Of a stretch of DNA of 64,000 nt, positions 26,040-38,199 are shown in pieces. How positions within the stretch are numbered: position 1 is the stretch's first letter; each line of letters starts with the position of its first letter. The notes under the pieces were generated by a model. That model was not told the origin of the DNA. It made no database searches and saw only the letters and a program-made list of their open reading frames with translations. Origin of the DNA: Octopus vulgaris (taxonomy: Eukaryota); the NCBI GenBank assembly GCA_951406725.2, contig OX597819.1, positions 65,348,001-65,412,000 on the forward strand, written 5' to 3'. The position numbers and the translations under genes are program-made.

Positions 26040-26762
26040 TTTCCTTCAGGGAAATCTCTGAGCATTTAATGATATCAGATACCTAAGAATAATTCTTGAC
26101 AACAATCACAGCTGGAGAGCTCACATCAACAATAAGATCGATATAGCTCGCTAAGGTGAGCTCCTCGATCCTAAGAACCTTCCGATCCAAAAGTCTGTTG
26201 CCCCCGGTGGTCTCCCCATACAATGCAAAACATTTCGGAAATTGAATCACCCCAGAGGTCATTCGTTAACAAAATTAAGGGCATGACTGGTCTTGATTAT
26301 TGGGACTACCTTAAAGCATTGAAACTCTATAATAGCCGGCCACGCCTTGCAGGTTACATCATTTGCACGATGTGAAAACTATATTACGAGTAATATTCAA
26401 ACCACCTCAACATTAGCTTCAAATTTCGTCTAAGGCTAGGATCACAGGCCATACAACCCCTACCCAGGATCACAGCAAGTAAATACACTGCAATACAATT
26501 TCTTTTTCTCAACAGGTCCTGCCCAATTTAACATTATCTCAAACAGATCAAAGAGAATCTGGATAAGTTTCTCCAGGGAATACCGGGTAAGCCACCTATA
26601 CCTGAATACAGCTCAATGAATAAGAACTCCCTACGCGAAGGCACTGTGATACTACAAAACTTGATTTTAAAATGATTTAACTAATCTTATCAGGTGAGGC
26701 TATTAAGTTGTACATGACCTGGACCAATCTTTGATGGAAACATATCTAAGGTGTCTAAGTTA
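26040..26762 (+). mobile_element. CR1-group LINE 3' fragment
   Basis: IKGMTGLDYWDYLKALKLY, GPAQFN, LDKFLQGIPGKPPIPEY...NSL; tctaagg-like tail. Confidence 0.65.
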
Positions 26763-27637
26763 ATAAGTTATACATATATATATATGAGTTCTTATGTTTG
26801 CATGTGTGCATACTTTTTCAAATTACATTCAGAAAAATATTTCATATTAAGGGTATACGTGTGTGCTCATAAAACTGATGTTTAGAGACATGTATTAAAT
26901 AGAACTACGTGAAATATATTACATTTATTTACATGAATGTATTTGTGTGTGTGCATGTTTGTGTGTGTGTGCGTCTCCGTGTATGTGTGTGTGTGTGTGA
27001 GTTTGTGTGTGTTGTATATATGTATTCACAGATACATATTTAGCGTTAGGCACGTTGTCTTTGAAAGTACATCACCAATTGAAGAATGAAAGCCATAGGT
27101 CTCAACACACCGAGTTACTTTGACGTGGACTTCAATTCCAGTTTTCTACAATAATATGTAGACATCTATACATGCTTTGAAAATGCTATGTAACTGATAC
27201 AATTTCTAAAACCAATTCATCTTTATACGATTTTAGATCATCCATATTTAATTGGTGTTATGCATTGAAATTGCGGTAACAATATATCACTTTTGAATTT
27301 AGTCCAGTACATTCAGGGAAGGACATTATGAAGCTGATATAATTAACAGACAAGACATTTTGTGTAATTCCCGGTAGGGATGAAAAGTGCAAACATTTGT
27401 GAGGAATAAGTGATTTACAAGATGCAAACTCATACTCCAGTCAAACGCTCCTCTAAGGGAGAGTCATAACGAATAATGACGTCCGATATTTCTAAGGATC
27501 AGAAAATAAATGGAGCGTTCTTGCTTGAAATGTTTGCTAATGGGCATTTAGTTCAATAAAACACAGCGTTCAGCCGGAATTGGAGAAATTCAGATTTTTA
27601 CACCTTATAATGGCTTGCTGGCCAGTCTTTTATTTAT

Positions 27638-27840
27638 GGTGTCGAGCTGGCTGAATCGTTACCACATCGAGTGATATGTTTAACAGCATTTCGTCCGCCT
27701 TTACGTTCAAATGTCATCGGGGTTGATTTAACATTCACCATTCCAGGGTCAATAAAATAATAACCTGTTGAGCACTGACTTCGGTGAATTTGACTATACA
27801 CCTTGCTCGAAACTCCTGGCCTAGTATTCAAATTTTAAAT
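27638..27840 (+). mobile_element. SINE family B
   Basis: ggtgtcgagctggctgaatcgtt...gttcaaat...gggtcaataaaataa. Confidence 0.7.
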
Positions 27841-27844
27841 CAAT

Positions 27845-28030
27845 ATTTATTTCTTTATAGCCCACAATAGGTTAAACATAGAGGGGACAAACAAGGACAA
27901 ACAACGGGATTAAACCGATTACATCGACCCCAGCGCGTAACTGTTACTTATTTAATCGATTTCGAATGGATGAAAGGCAAAGACGACCTCGGTGAAATTT
28001 GAAGACGAAATACCGCTAAGCATTTCACTC
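27845..28030 (-). mobile_element. SINE family B variant (gaggggacaaacaagg tail)
   Basis: Matches the 35061 and 42820 copies. Confidence 0.8.
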
Positions 28031-28824
28031 TTGAATGATGTCAGTAAATCGAATTCAAACATAGCTATGGACATTTGTGTGCATTGACGGATATAACACA
28101 AAACGTCATTGATACTTCTCACACGGCCCGAAATGTTTGAGAAAAGGACTCGTTGTTTACGCCGACTCCGAAAGGAGGAAAAGGCAGTCTATCTTGGCAG
28201 AAGTTTTTCCTAAAATGTACAACCGGAAGAAATACCACTCAGCATTTCGTCCAGCTTTTGAACTTTTCTGCCAAGGTTAATATCGGTAGTTAACGTAAAA
28301 TCAATATGATATGAATGATACTATATGCTATTAGATGCTATATTTTATGTGTGTGTGGGAGTGTATGTGTATGTGTCAGTGTGAGTGAGAGTGTGTGTGT
28401 GTGTCAGTGTACCTGTTTGAGTTGTACGTGTGTGTGTGAGAAAGAGAGAGAACATGTGCGTATGTGTGTGAGTGAACATGTTAGAACTGTACGTGTGGAG
28501 TGTACGTGCGTGTGTGTGTGTGTGAGTGTGTGTGGGTGTGGGTGTATGAGTGCACGTGTTTGAGCTGTACGTGTATGTATATATATGTGTGTGAGTATAT
28601 ATGAGAGAGGGACAGAGAGAGAGAGAGAATATGTGTGTGTATGTGTGTGTGTGTGTGTGTGCGCACGTGCGTGTGTGAATTTGATATGGCACTTATCTTT
28701 GTATATTGTGAACAGATGAAAAGAAACGTTCAATCGCATTTGAAATGAGAATCAAATTAAGTAAAACAAGATAGTTTCCAGTCAACTAAAGACATCTTAT
28801 TCATCTATTGTAGATTAAAAAATT

Positions 28825-29140
28825 GGCACTCAGTCAGGTACGACGTCAAGGGCTCCAGTTCATCTGATGGACGGAACAGCCTTCCCCTACAAATCAACGC
28901 ACAAGTACCTGAGTACGCGACAGACTTAAATAAACTTAATGTAGTTCCCAGAGAGATTCAAGATGACACAGAATCTATCAAGGCTGGCTCTTTGAAATAC
29001 AGCTACGACACATTTTGTCAGGTGAGTGAACTGGAGCAACGTGAAATAAGGGGTCTTGTTGAAGTACACAACGTGCCACCAAAAATCGATCGAGAGCCGA
29101 ATACCCTATATTCTAAGCTGCGCACCTTCACCAATAAAGT
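28825..29140 (-). mobile_element. SINE family C
   Basis: Reverse complement of the 33567 family. Confidence 0.7.
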
Positions 29141-29714
29141 GTTATATAGGGGACGATAATTCTTTCTTTTCTATCCTGTCGTTTATTGTATTTGTGAGAC
29201 ATCTTTCCCTGATTACATTTTCCAAATCCGGAGATGTCTAGAGTTATGGAGCTTTCAGAATAAATGCGGTGCATTTTGTCTATAAAACCATCCCCCCTTA
29301 AAGAGGTACAATTCTCAAACCCTATACGTTCCGTTAGACAATTGCAGTGTGGTTGTACCATGGAAGCATGCACACAACAGTATCAGGTCAGTCGGTGAAA
29401 CCGTCCCCAGGAGCAATACCATCATCCTCATCCCGATTCACAGTCCTTATCATCATCGTCGACACCGCCTTCATTGCCATCGCCACTACGATATGATTTA
29501 CAAAGACATCAGTAGCCATAGCAACAAGAAGCATAGAAATCACAAAGAATATTTAAAACAGTACACACAGGAATTTTCGGAGTCATACAGTTATACACCC
29601 AGCCAAAATGGCTGTACATACGTACATCCATCCAGCTTTCATACTTGAGTATATGTGTGTTCACTCATGTATGTATGTATGTATGTATGTATGTATGTAT
29701 GTATGTATGTATGT

Positions 29715-30253
29715 CAGGTCACTTTCTAGTGCTACTGGTAACATGTACCCTCATGGTCGGGTCGGCGGCGACTAAACCGGCAGCCCCACCAAGCTTTCTT
29801 GGTGAGTGGGGTGTTTGTTGAACAGCCTGCGGTATGAAAACCAAAACCCATCAAAAGGCGGAGGAACTTTTGAGAGTCAACGGCCATCCAATAAATGTCT
29901 TAAGAGTGTATCATGCGCGGGGGCATAGAAATAATCGGACTGAATACCCAATCGCGCGGTTAAACCATTGGGAGTGAAGGACTCCTAGCCTTTGTTAGGG
30001 CATCCTTCTAGGAGAAGGTAACTCAGGTAACTGAGATAACTCCGGCATAAAACCTGCGGCTTAGTGGTTACCGATGATGTTGACTTGTTCTTCTTTTCGG
30101 ATTATGGCTGCTGTTGCTTAGTGAGTGGGATTGACTCAGTGCACAGCCTTTCCTCACTTTAAAAAAAAAAATTCTTGCACAGGCATTGCACGATAAGCAA
30201 CATTGATTAAGCTTCATGCAATGGCATACTCGATAACGAGGGGGCAGCCACCA
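29715..30253 (+). mobile_element. GC-rich non-coding interspersed element, RTE 5'UTR-like
   Basis: Sharp GC island in a (TATG)n tract; tctaggagaaggtaactc resembles an RTE 5'UTR motif; hairpin-rich. Confidence 0.45.
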
Positions 30254-30264
30254 TATATGTATGC

Positions 30265-30335
<71 letters not shown>

Positions 30336-30357
30336 GGCTGTATGTATACTTATATAT

Positions 30358-30606
30358 GGAGTGGTTTAGTAGTTAGGGTGTCAGCATCATGATCGTATTA
30401 TTGTGGTTTCGATTCCTGGACCGGGCGACTTGTTGTGTTCTTGAGCAAAGCACTTCATTTCACGTTGCTGCAGTCGACTCAGCTGGCAAAACTGAATAAC
30501 GCTGCGATGAACTGGCGCCCCCTCCAGCTGGGGACAACATATGCCATAGAAACCGGGAAATCGGGCCCGTGAGCCTGACTTGGCTTTAAACGGGCGCATT
30601 TATTAT
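30358..30606 (+). mobile_element. SINE with family-C head and a different 3' module
   Basis: gtggtttagtagttagg...ggtttcgattcc B-box, tgttcttgagcaaagcactt, then gctgcgatgaactggcgcc...tccag. Confidence 0.8.
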
Positions 30607-30725
30607 TTTATATATACACACACATCCACATATATATATATACTGAGATAGGTATAGATAGATAGAGACATACATATATATAGATATAGATACATATATA
30701 CATATGTAAGTGCGCATATATATAT

Positions 30726-30777
<52 letters not shown>

Positions 30778-32069
30778 GCACAACAATACACACACATATA
30801 CACTCATATGCATATATGTATATGTTTATATATATATATATGCGTATATGTGCATATGTACGTAAATACAGGTACAGTTATATTATGACTCTCACATGAA
30901 TAAATGCGCATAAAAAGCATAGCGCAGGCTAGAGACGCATGCGCACAAACAATGACAGGCACGAACTGACGTAATCAAACAAGTAATCACTAAATACCAT
31001 CAGAAACACCACCTAATACATACCACTAACGATTGCAACAACAACAATACCATAAGCAACAACATTGGCAGCAACACAAGCAACAAGAGAGAAAAATAAA
31101 CGAAAAAAAAACAACCTCAACGAGAACAACAGAAACAGCAGGAATTGTATTTAAAAATACACGCATACTGTCTTAAAATACAAGACAACAAAACTGTAGA
31201 GAAACAGCAACGGGGAAAAAATGCATATAAGCACACCTGCGCAGACACACACAGATAAAAACACACAGAAATGTACTCAAATGAGGGTATACATATAAAT
31301 TTACGCATATATGCTTACACAATTTAAGAAACAAAGGAAGTTACAGTGAATCAATATGGCGTCCGTTTCATTAATCACCATATTTCTCACACTGGCAAAA
31401 CAGTCTTTGAATGTTAATGAGAGACTTGGGTGTCTTTATGTTTTGTTTAGTCTGTTTTTGATACGTTTTTTTTTATATCTTTGCAATTTGTTCTTTCCTT
31501 TTGTTCTGTTTTTGTACAATTTTAGTTATATCTTTTTTGGTAGGAGGGGTAACATATTTTTTTTAATGTTTTATGTTTTGTTTTTTATTTCCTTTGATTT
31601 GGTTCATAGTCATTACTTTATAGTCTAACTCTATGTATATAGATGTCTGTGAGTGTCTGTCTTCGGAAAGAAATGCACGCTAATAATTGTGGTTCGTTGT
31701 TTAATGTTTGCGTATGCATGTTGCAGCGTTGCTTCGCTCTGTGTGGTGATAAGAGTTGAGAGAATGAAACGAAAAGAGTATTTCAAAGTTTGAGCGCATA
31801 AAAGGAATGAACGGGTGACAAGGAGTGCTTCGTTATTCAGAATCATACAGGGAGTGACTGTGCACACACACACACACACAAACATGGAGAGAGACAGAGA
31901 GAGGGAGAAAGAGAGAACTAGACAAAGTTACTTATATCCTCAAATATATATGCTAATATTTTGAAGTGTGTATAGATGTATAGATGTATATATATATATA
32001 GATGTGGGCGTGTCTGAGTGTAGGTGGCTGTTCATTTACGGCCCATTAATGGCTGATATTCATGTCCAT

Positions 32070-32117
<48 letters not shown>

Positions 32118-32122
32118 GTATC

Positions 32123-32163
<41 letters not shown>

Positions 32164-32903
32164 ATAACTTTTTGCAGGTCTCTATCTATATATCTATTAA
32201 TGAATGCACACACACTCACACATGTATATAAGCGTGTGCATGTGTGTGTATGCATGTATGTATATATGAATGTATATTATACATACTTTATATTGGCATG
32301 GATGTTCATGTTATATGTGTTTCCCTTGTCTGACAACACGTGCAATAGTACAGCCATAAAATGAACAAAATATTATGAATATATATATATCGAGTGTCAT
32401 TTAATATTCATGTGTATAAACACTTGTTTCTATGTCTCCCCATTGAATAGAGGAGAAGGCTACGTATGCTCAGTAATACATTCACACAAATGTTGGGAAG
32501 CCACATTGTATTGAAACAGCCCTGGTTTGTTTGTATTAATAAGTTTGTGGGGGAAAAGCAATTGTGTCTCTGTGCAGAATATACATTGGTATTTAAATGT
32601 TTTCAGAATGGAAATAGGTTATGATGGAGCAGCGTATACGTATGTATGTTTGTGTGTGTGGGGTGCAACTGCGCGCGCGTGCATATATGTATATATATAA
32701 TATATTATTTACACGTACTAATATATATATATATATATATACAGAGAGAGAGAGTGGGGAGAGAGTGAGTGAGAGAGAGATGTTTGTATATGACATATAT
32801 ATAAATGAATACAATTCATATAATATACATATTACATATATACAAATGTGCATAATTCAAATATCTTCTTATATATTTATCTATCTATCTAACTATCTAT
32901 CTA

Positions 32904-32985
<82 letters not shown>

Positions 32986-33011
32986 AACATACATGTATGC
33001 ATGTGTGTGTG

Positions 33012-33047
<36 letters not shown>

Positions 33048-33143
33048 GACAGAGAGAGAGAGAGAGGTAAAGAGAGATAGAGACATATATGGATAATTGT
33101 GCGGGTACGTATATATATAGATAGCAGAATATACAAATCTACG

Positions 33144-33222
<79 letters not shown>

Positions 33223-33566
33223 GTCAGGCAGTTTGTCTGTCTGTATGTGTGCATGTATATATGTATGCTTGTAAATATGTATATATGAAATGAGGGTGAC
33301 TATGAAAGTGAGATGACAAAAAAAGAAAACGGTGCATATACTTTTACAGGTTGTTTTACAATAAATTTCTAGAAACATATTCATAGGTTGATTTGAAGAA
33401 GCTAGTAATTTCTGCAGTTATTTACTGAGGCATTGTGGGTTGACATCAGAGTATTGAAAGTACGATGGTCCAAGAGTAACAATTGGCTACCTTATCGTAC
33501 ACAATTAATACCTGGCTCGGTGGTTCGTTGCTATGTTGTTCTTGCTCTTATTCTCGTTTCGTGTAA

Positions 33567-33825
33567 GCGTGTGGCTTAACGGTTAGGGATATTCGGCTAT
33601 CGACTACAAGTTTGTGAGCTCGATTTTCGGCGGCACGTTGTGTCCTATTGTACTTGTAATTCAAAAGAACCAGCCTTCTCACATTTCTTAAATGTCCGTT
33701 ATAACTAAGATAAGGCTACGTGTGTCTGTGGATCGCTCAGCCACTTGCTCGTTAATTTCATGAGCAGATTCTTCCATTGGGCGAATCACCTGGATCCATC
33801 CTCGTCGCAACCGACGGAGTGACAG
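33567..33825 (+). mobile_element. SINE family C (internally deleted)
   Basis: gcgtgtggcttaacggttaggg head ... cctcgtcgcaaccgacggagtg. Confidence 0.75.
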
Positions 33826-34237
33826 TTGGATTTCTTGTTCACACTCAGGTCAGTCGCATCAAACCGACACATCATCGGAGGTCTTCTTGTATTGAATACT
33901 CCATTTACTTCAATTCTGAATATATGATCTATAACTGAAAGCTTGCCAAATGGTATCGGAAATAATACAATCCTGTATAAATTGGGAGGAACACTTTTGG
34001 ACATTTTATTTAAATGTAGATAATGTTGTTGGTTTAATTTAATAACAGCTACATCATTTGCATAACGAAAGTTTCTGTTCGGGGTTTCAGTAACATCTGT
34101 TACCGTATTATGACTTGTGGAAGAATCATACAAATATATATGGAAGTACAAACAATTACACACACACGCCACACTAACACATAAACAATTATATACATAT
34201 GCACACACACACACACACACACATACCCACACACGCG

Positions 34238-34322
<85 letters not shown>

Positions 34323-34741
34323 CGAAAGCGAGAGTAAGAAGTACATATATAGAGAGAATCGTATTTGATAGATAGTGATATATAGATACATGTGTGTATG
34401 GGTGATATTTGTATGTATGCATATAAACACACACACACACACATATATATATGTAAAAGATAGAGAGACAGACCGACAGACAGAGCAAGATAGATAGAGA
34501 GAGGCAGAGAGAGAGAGAGAGAGAGAGATTCATCGATGGTGGAATGAGAGAAAAGAGAACTCCACAAATCTTCTGAAGCATCAAAGTGTCCGAAGTTTCG
34601 ATGTCATTCTGTGAAATTTCAAATTATGCAACAGTGAAAAAATTCTTTTATCACACATAAATATATAGCTAGATACATTGGCATTTAAATACATATCCAT
34701 AGACATGTACTTATATACCCTTGTGCATAGAGAGAGAGAGA

Positions 34742-34793
<52 letters not shown>

Positions 34794-35060
34794 GTGAGAG
34801 GGGGAGAGAGAGTGTATACATATACACATGGACACGCGCATTCACAGGCTTATATTTTGCTGGGAAATGTATCTAAATATTTCCAGTCTATTTCATTTCA
34901 GTTCAAAGAATGTTGTATTGATAAAAAAAAAGTTGATATTTTTAACAATATATACATAATATTTGCAATAATAGGAGCAACAAGAACAGTACCAACAACA
35001 ACAATAACAACAAAAGCAACAATAACAAAAACAACAACAATTATAATAATGATAACATTT

Positions 35061-35240
35061 TTCTTTATTCCCCACAGGGGATTAAACATAGAGGTGTCAA
35101 ACAAGGACAGTCAAGGGGATTAAGTCGATTATATAGACCCCAGTGATTAACTGGCGCTTATTTAATCGACACCGAAAAGATGAAAGGCAAAGTTGACCTC
35201 GGCGGAATTTGAACTCAGAACGTAACCCAGAGGAAATAAC
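35061..35240 (-). mobile_element. SINE family B variant
   Basis: gatgaaaggcaaagttgacctcggcggaatttgaactc. Confidence 0.85.
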
Positions 35241-35244
35241 AAGG

Positions 35245-35766
35245 CTGTGACTCTCATCGCTTCTGATCTTAACTGATTGTACGTTGAGTTGTCGTCTTGC
35301 TATAACAGATCGGCTACAATAAATATTTTGCTAAGTACCGCAGAGGTGCTTCTCAATTGTTCGACCGAAACTAGTTCAGCTTGTCCGTTGGTGGTTGACA
35401 ATATGTGCATGTTTGATCAGTAGAAGAAGTAGCTGGGGAAAATCATAGCCATGCTTTGAAAGGAATTCTTTAAAATTTGAATAGCTCACCCCTGGAAAAA
35501 TAGGTGTTTCGTTGAACATCCTTCAACAACGCTTATTCAGGGACCTTTTGAGTGGGATGGGTTACTCAGCCTGCCGAAAATTCTAACTGGGCCCCACCTG
35601 CAAGGTCATGCGCTGTTTATCTTGATATGAGATCACCATGCCGCGCACATATGGTTGAGATGAATGTGCCTGGTGTAACTTTAGCAGGCGGGTAGTCATG
35701 ATGGGTATCTTGGGCTCCATATATTTTACCCCAATCTCATTTAAATAACATGTACTACACACTCAA
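35245..35766 (+). mobile_element. Non-coding repeat family D ending in (TAA)n
   Basis: Homologous over ~480 bp to 41071-41552; both end ...cactcaat and run into TAA repeats. Confidence 0.75.
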
Positions 35767-35772
35767 TAATAA

Positions 35773-35855
<83 letters not shown>

Positions 35856-35858
<3 letters not shown>

Positions 35859-37322
35859 CAGAGCTGAATGCAAGAAACAGGATCGAAGCAATCAATGCAT
35901 TAGCTATACCAGTCGTGACTTACAGTTTCAATATTGTTAACTGGTCAATTACTGAAATATGTCAGCTCGACAGAAAAATAAGGAAACTGTTGACAATGCA
36001 TAGAATGCACCACCCTAAGGCAGATACAGAAAGACTCTATCTGCCAAGAAAAGAGGGAGGCCGTGGTCTTTTGCAACTGGCAATAACAATGAAGATTGCT
36101 ACACTTGGCCTAGACACCTACCTGAAAAACTCTGAGGACTGGATGCTAAAACTTGTCTCAAAACATGAAAACAAGAAAGCATCATACTCAGTCACAAAAC
36201 AGGCAAAGGAATATCTAAGTGAATTCCGAATACAACCAATTTCGGAATTAGAGATAGATATACAAGAAACAAGCACAGAAAAAGCTAGGCGCATGAAAAC
36301 CCGTGCCAAAACTGCGGCCTTAGATATTCTGAATAATAAATGGCAAGAAAAACCTCTCTATGGCAAATACCCAAAGAGAGCGAATAATGCAGATATCGAC
36401 AAAGCCGTGACCCATCAATGGCTAATGGCCTCTGGCTTAAAATCTGAAACAGAGGGGTTTATCATAGCAGCTCAAGATCAATGCCTACCAACAAGAAACT
36501 ACCAGGCCAACATATTAAAGATCAGAAGCAGTCCAACGTGTCGTGTATGCAAGCAACAAAATGAAACCATTGACCATGTGGTCTCCAAGTGCAGTCTTCT
36601 AGCGCCTACAGAGTATCTCAACAGGCACGATAGAGCTGCACAATATATTCACTGGGTAATCTGTAAAAACCTGGATTTGCCCCATGAAAAAAACTGGTGG
36701 GAACACAAACCACCCCCAGTGCTTGAAAATGACCACATCTCACTCCTCTGGAACTTCACCATTCAAACTAACAGGAAGATAGATGCAAATAGGCCAGACA
36801 TCATATTGAAAGACTTCAAACAAAGAACATGCCTCCTCATTGATATGACTGTCCCAATCGATATAAACGTATCTGTCAAGACCTACCAAAAACTGAGCAA
36901 ATATAAAGATCTTGAAATAGAAATCAGCAAAATGTGGAAGCTGAAGACTAAAACAATACCTGTTGTCATAGGTGCCCTGGGAATGATAGCAAAAGGGGCT
37001 GATAGCTACCTAACTCAGATACCAGGAAACCCAAAAATGGCAGAAGTTCAGAAGATAGTGCTCATGGAACTGCTCATATCCTACGCAAAATACTCTCTAT
37101 GTAATCTCAAGGTTTAAAACAAACATAATTTTCGGTTTAAAAAAAAAAAAAAAAAACCCCCCTTTTTTTTTTTAGACATACATTAGTACAACATCCCCAC
37201 CCCCCAAATATATGGCACACTAGGCATAACAACAACATGAACTTCCAACCCTGTTGTCTCTTGAGGTCTCTGGGTGAGACTTGGAGCCAACTTGTACAAA
37301 TATAAAGCAAAAGTCAAACATA
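35856..37322 (+). mobile_element. R4/Dong-like RLE retrotransposon family 1, 5'-truncated, flanked by (TAA)n
   Basis: ORF to 37117: RMHHPKAD.ERLY, GGRGL, CRVC...ETIDHVVSKC zinc knuckle, RHD, RPDII...IDMTVP, KLSKY, PVVIGALG. Confidence 0.95.
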
Positions 37323-37344
37323 GAATAATAATAATAATAATAAT

Positions 37345-37614
37345 ACCAGGGAACCAACACATGGCAGAAATTCAAAAGATAGTGAACATGAGAACTGCTC
37401 ATATCCTACGCAAAATACTTCCTATGTAATCTCAATTTTTAAAACAAACAATTTTTGTATGGTTTTTTAGACATTCACTAGTACAACACTAAGTACAAAC
37501 CAAATATATGGCACCTTAGGCATAACACAAGCATGGACTTCCAACTTGTTATCTCTTAAGATCTCTGAGTGAGACTTGGAGCCAAGTTGTACAAATGTAA
37601 AGCAAGAGTCAAAC

Positions 37615-37616
<2 letters not shown>
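37345..37616 (+). mobile_element. R4/Dong family 1, 3'-end-only copy
   Basis: Repeats 37021-37320, followed by (TAA)n. Confidence 0.9.
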
Positions 37617-37704
<88 letters not shown>

Positions 37705-37722
37705 CAACAACAATAACAATAC

Positions 37723-37789
<67 letters not shown>

Positions 37790-37793
<4 letters not shown>

Positions 37794-38168
37794 CTTTCTA
37801 ATTGATGTATCAATAGCGGCAGATGACAACGTGTCTCTAAAAGAAATGGAGAAACTCTCAAAATACAAAGACCTGGAAATAGAGGTAAATAGAATGTGGA
37901 ATCTGAAAACAGAAACAATTCCTATCATAGTAGGTGCATTAGGCATGATAAAAAAATATTCAGACAAATACATAACAAAAACACCAGGACTTACAAACAC
38001 ATATAACATACAGAAAATTGCACTACTAGGCACTGCACACATCCTACGCAGAACACTTTCCATACAATAACCATCAGAGCATCACAACAAATCACAGCAC
38101 ATACCCAAGGCACACAGAACTGCGCTCGGTAGTGAAGTGAAAGCACGCTATAAAAATAAAACTACTGA
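37790..38168 (+). mobile_element. R4/Dong family 2, 3' fragment
   Basis: LSKYKDLEIEVNRMWNLKTETIPIIVGALG; near-identical to 40396-40745. Confidence 0.9.
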
Positions 38169-38199
38169 ATAATAATAATAATAATAATAATAACAATAA

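Noticed and set aside
33289-33500. Possible mariner MITE (tgagggtg ... cttatcgta)
   Set aside because: Terminal repeats too poorly matched
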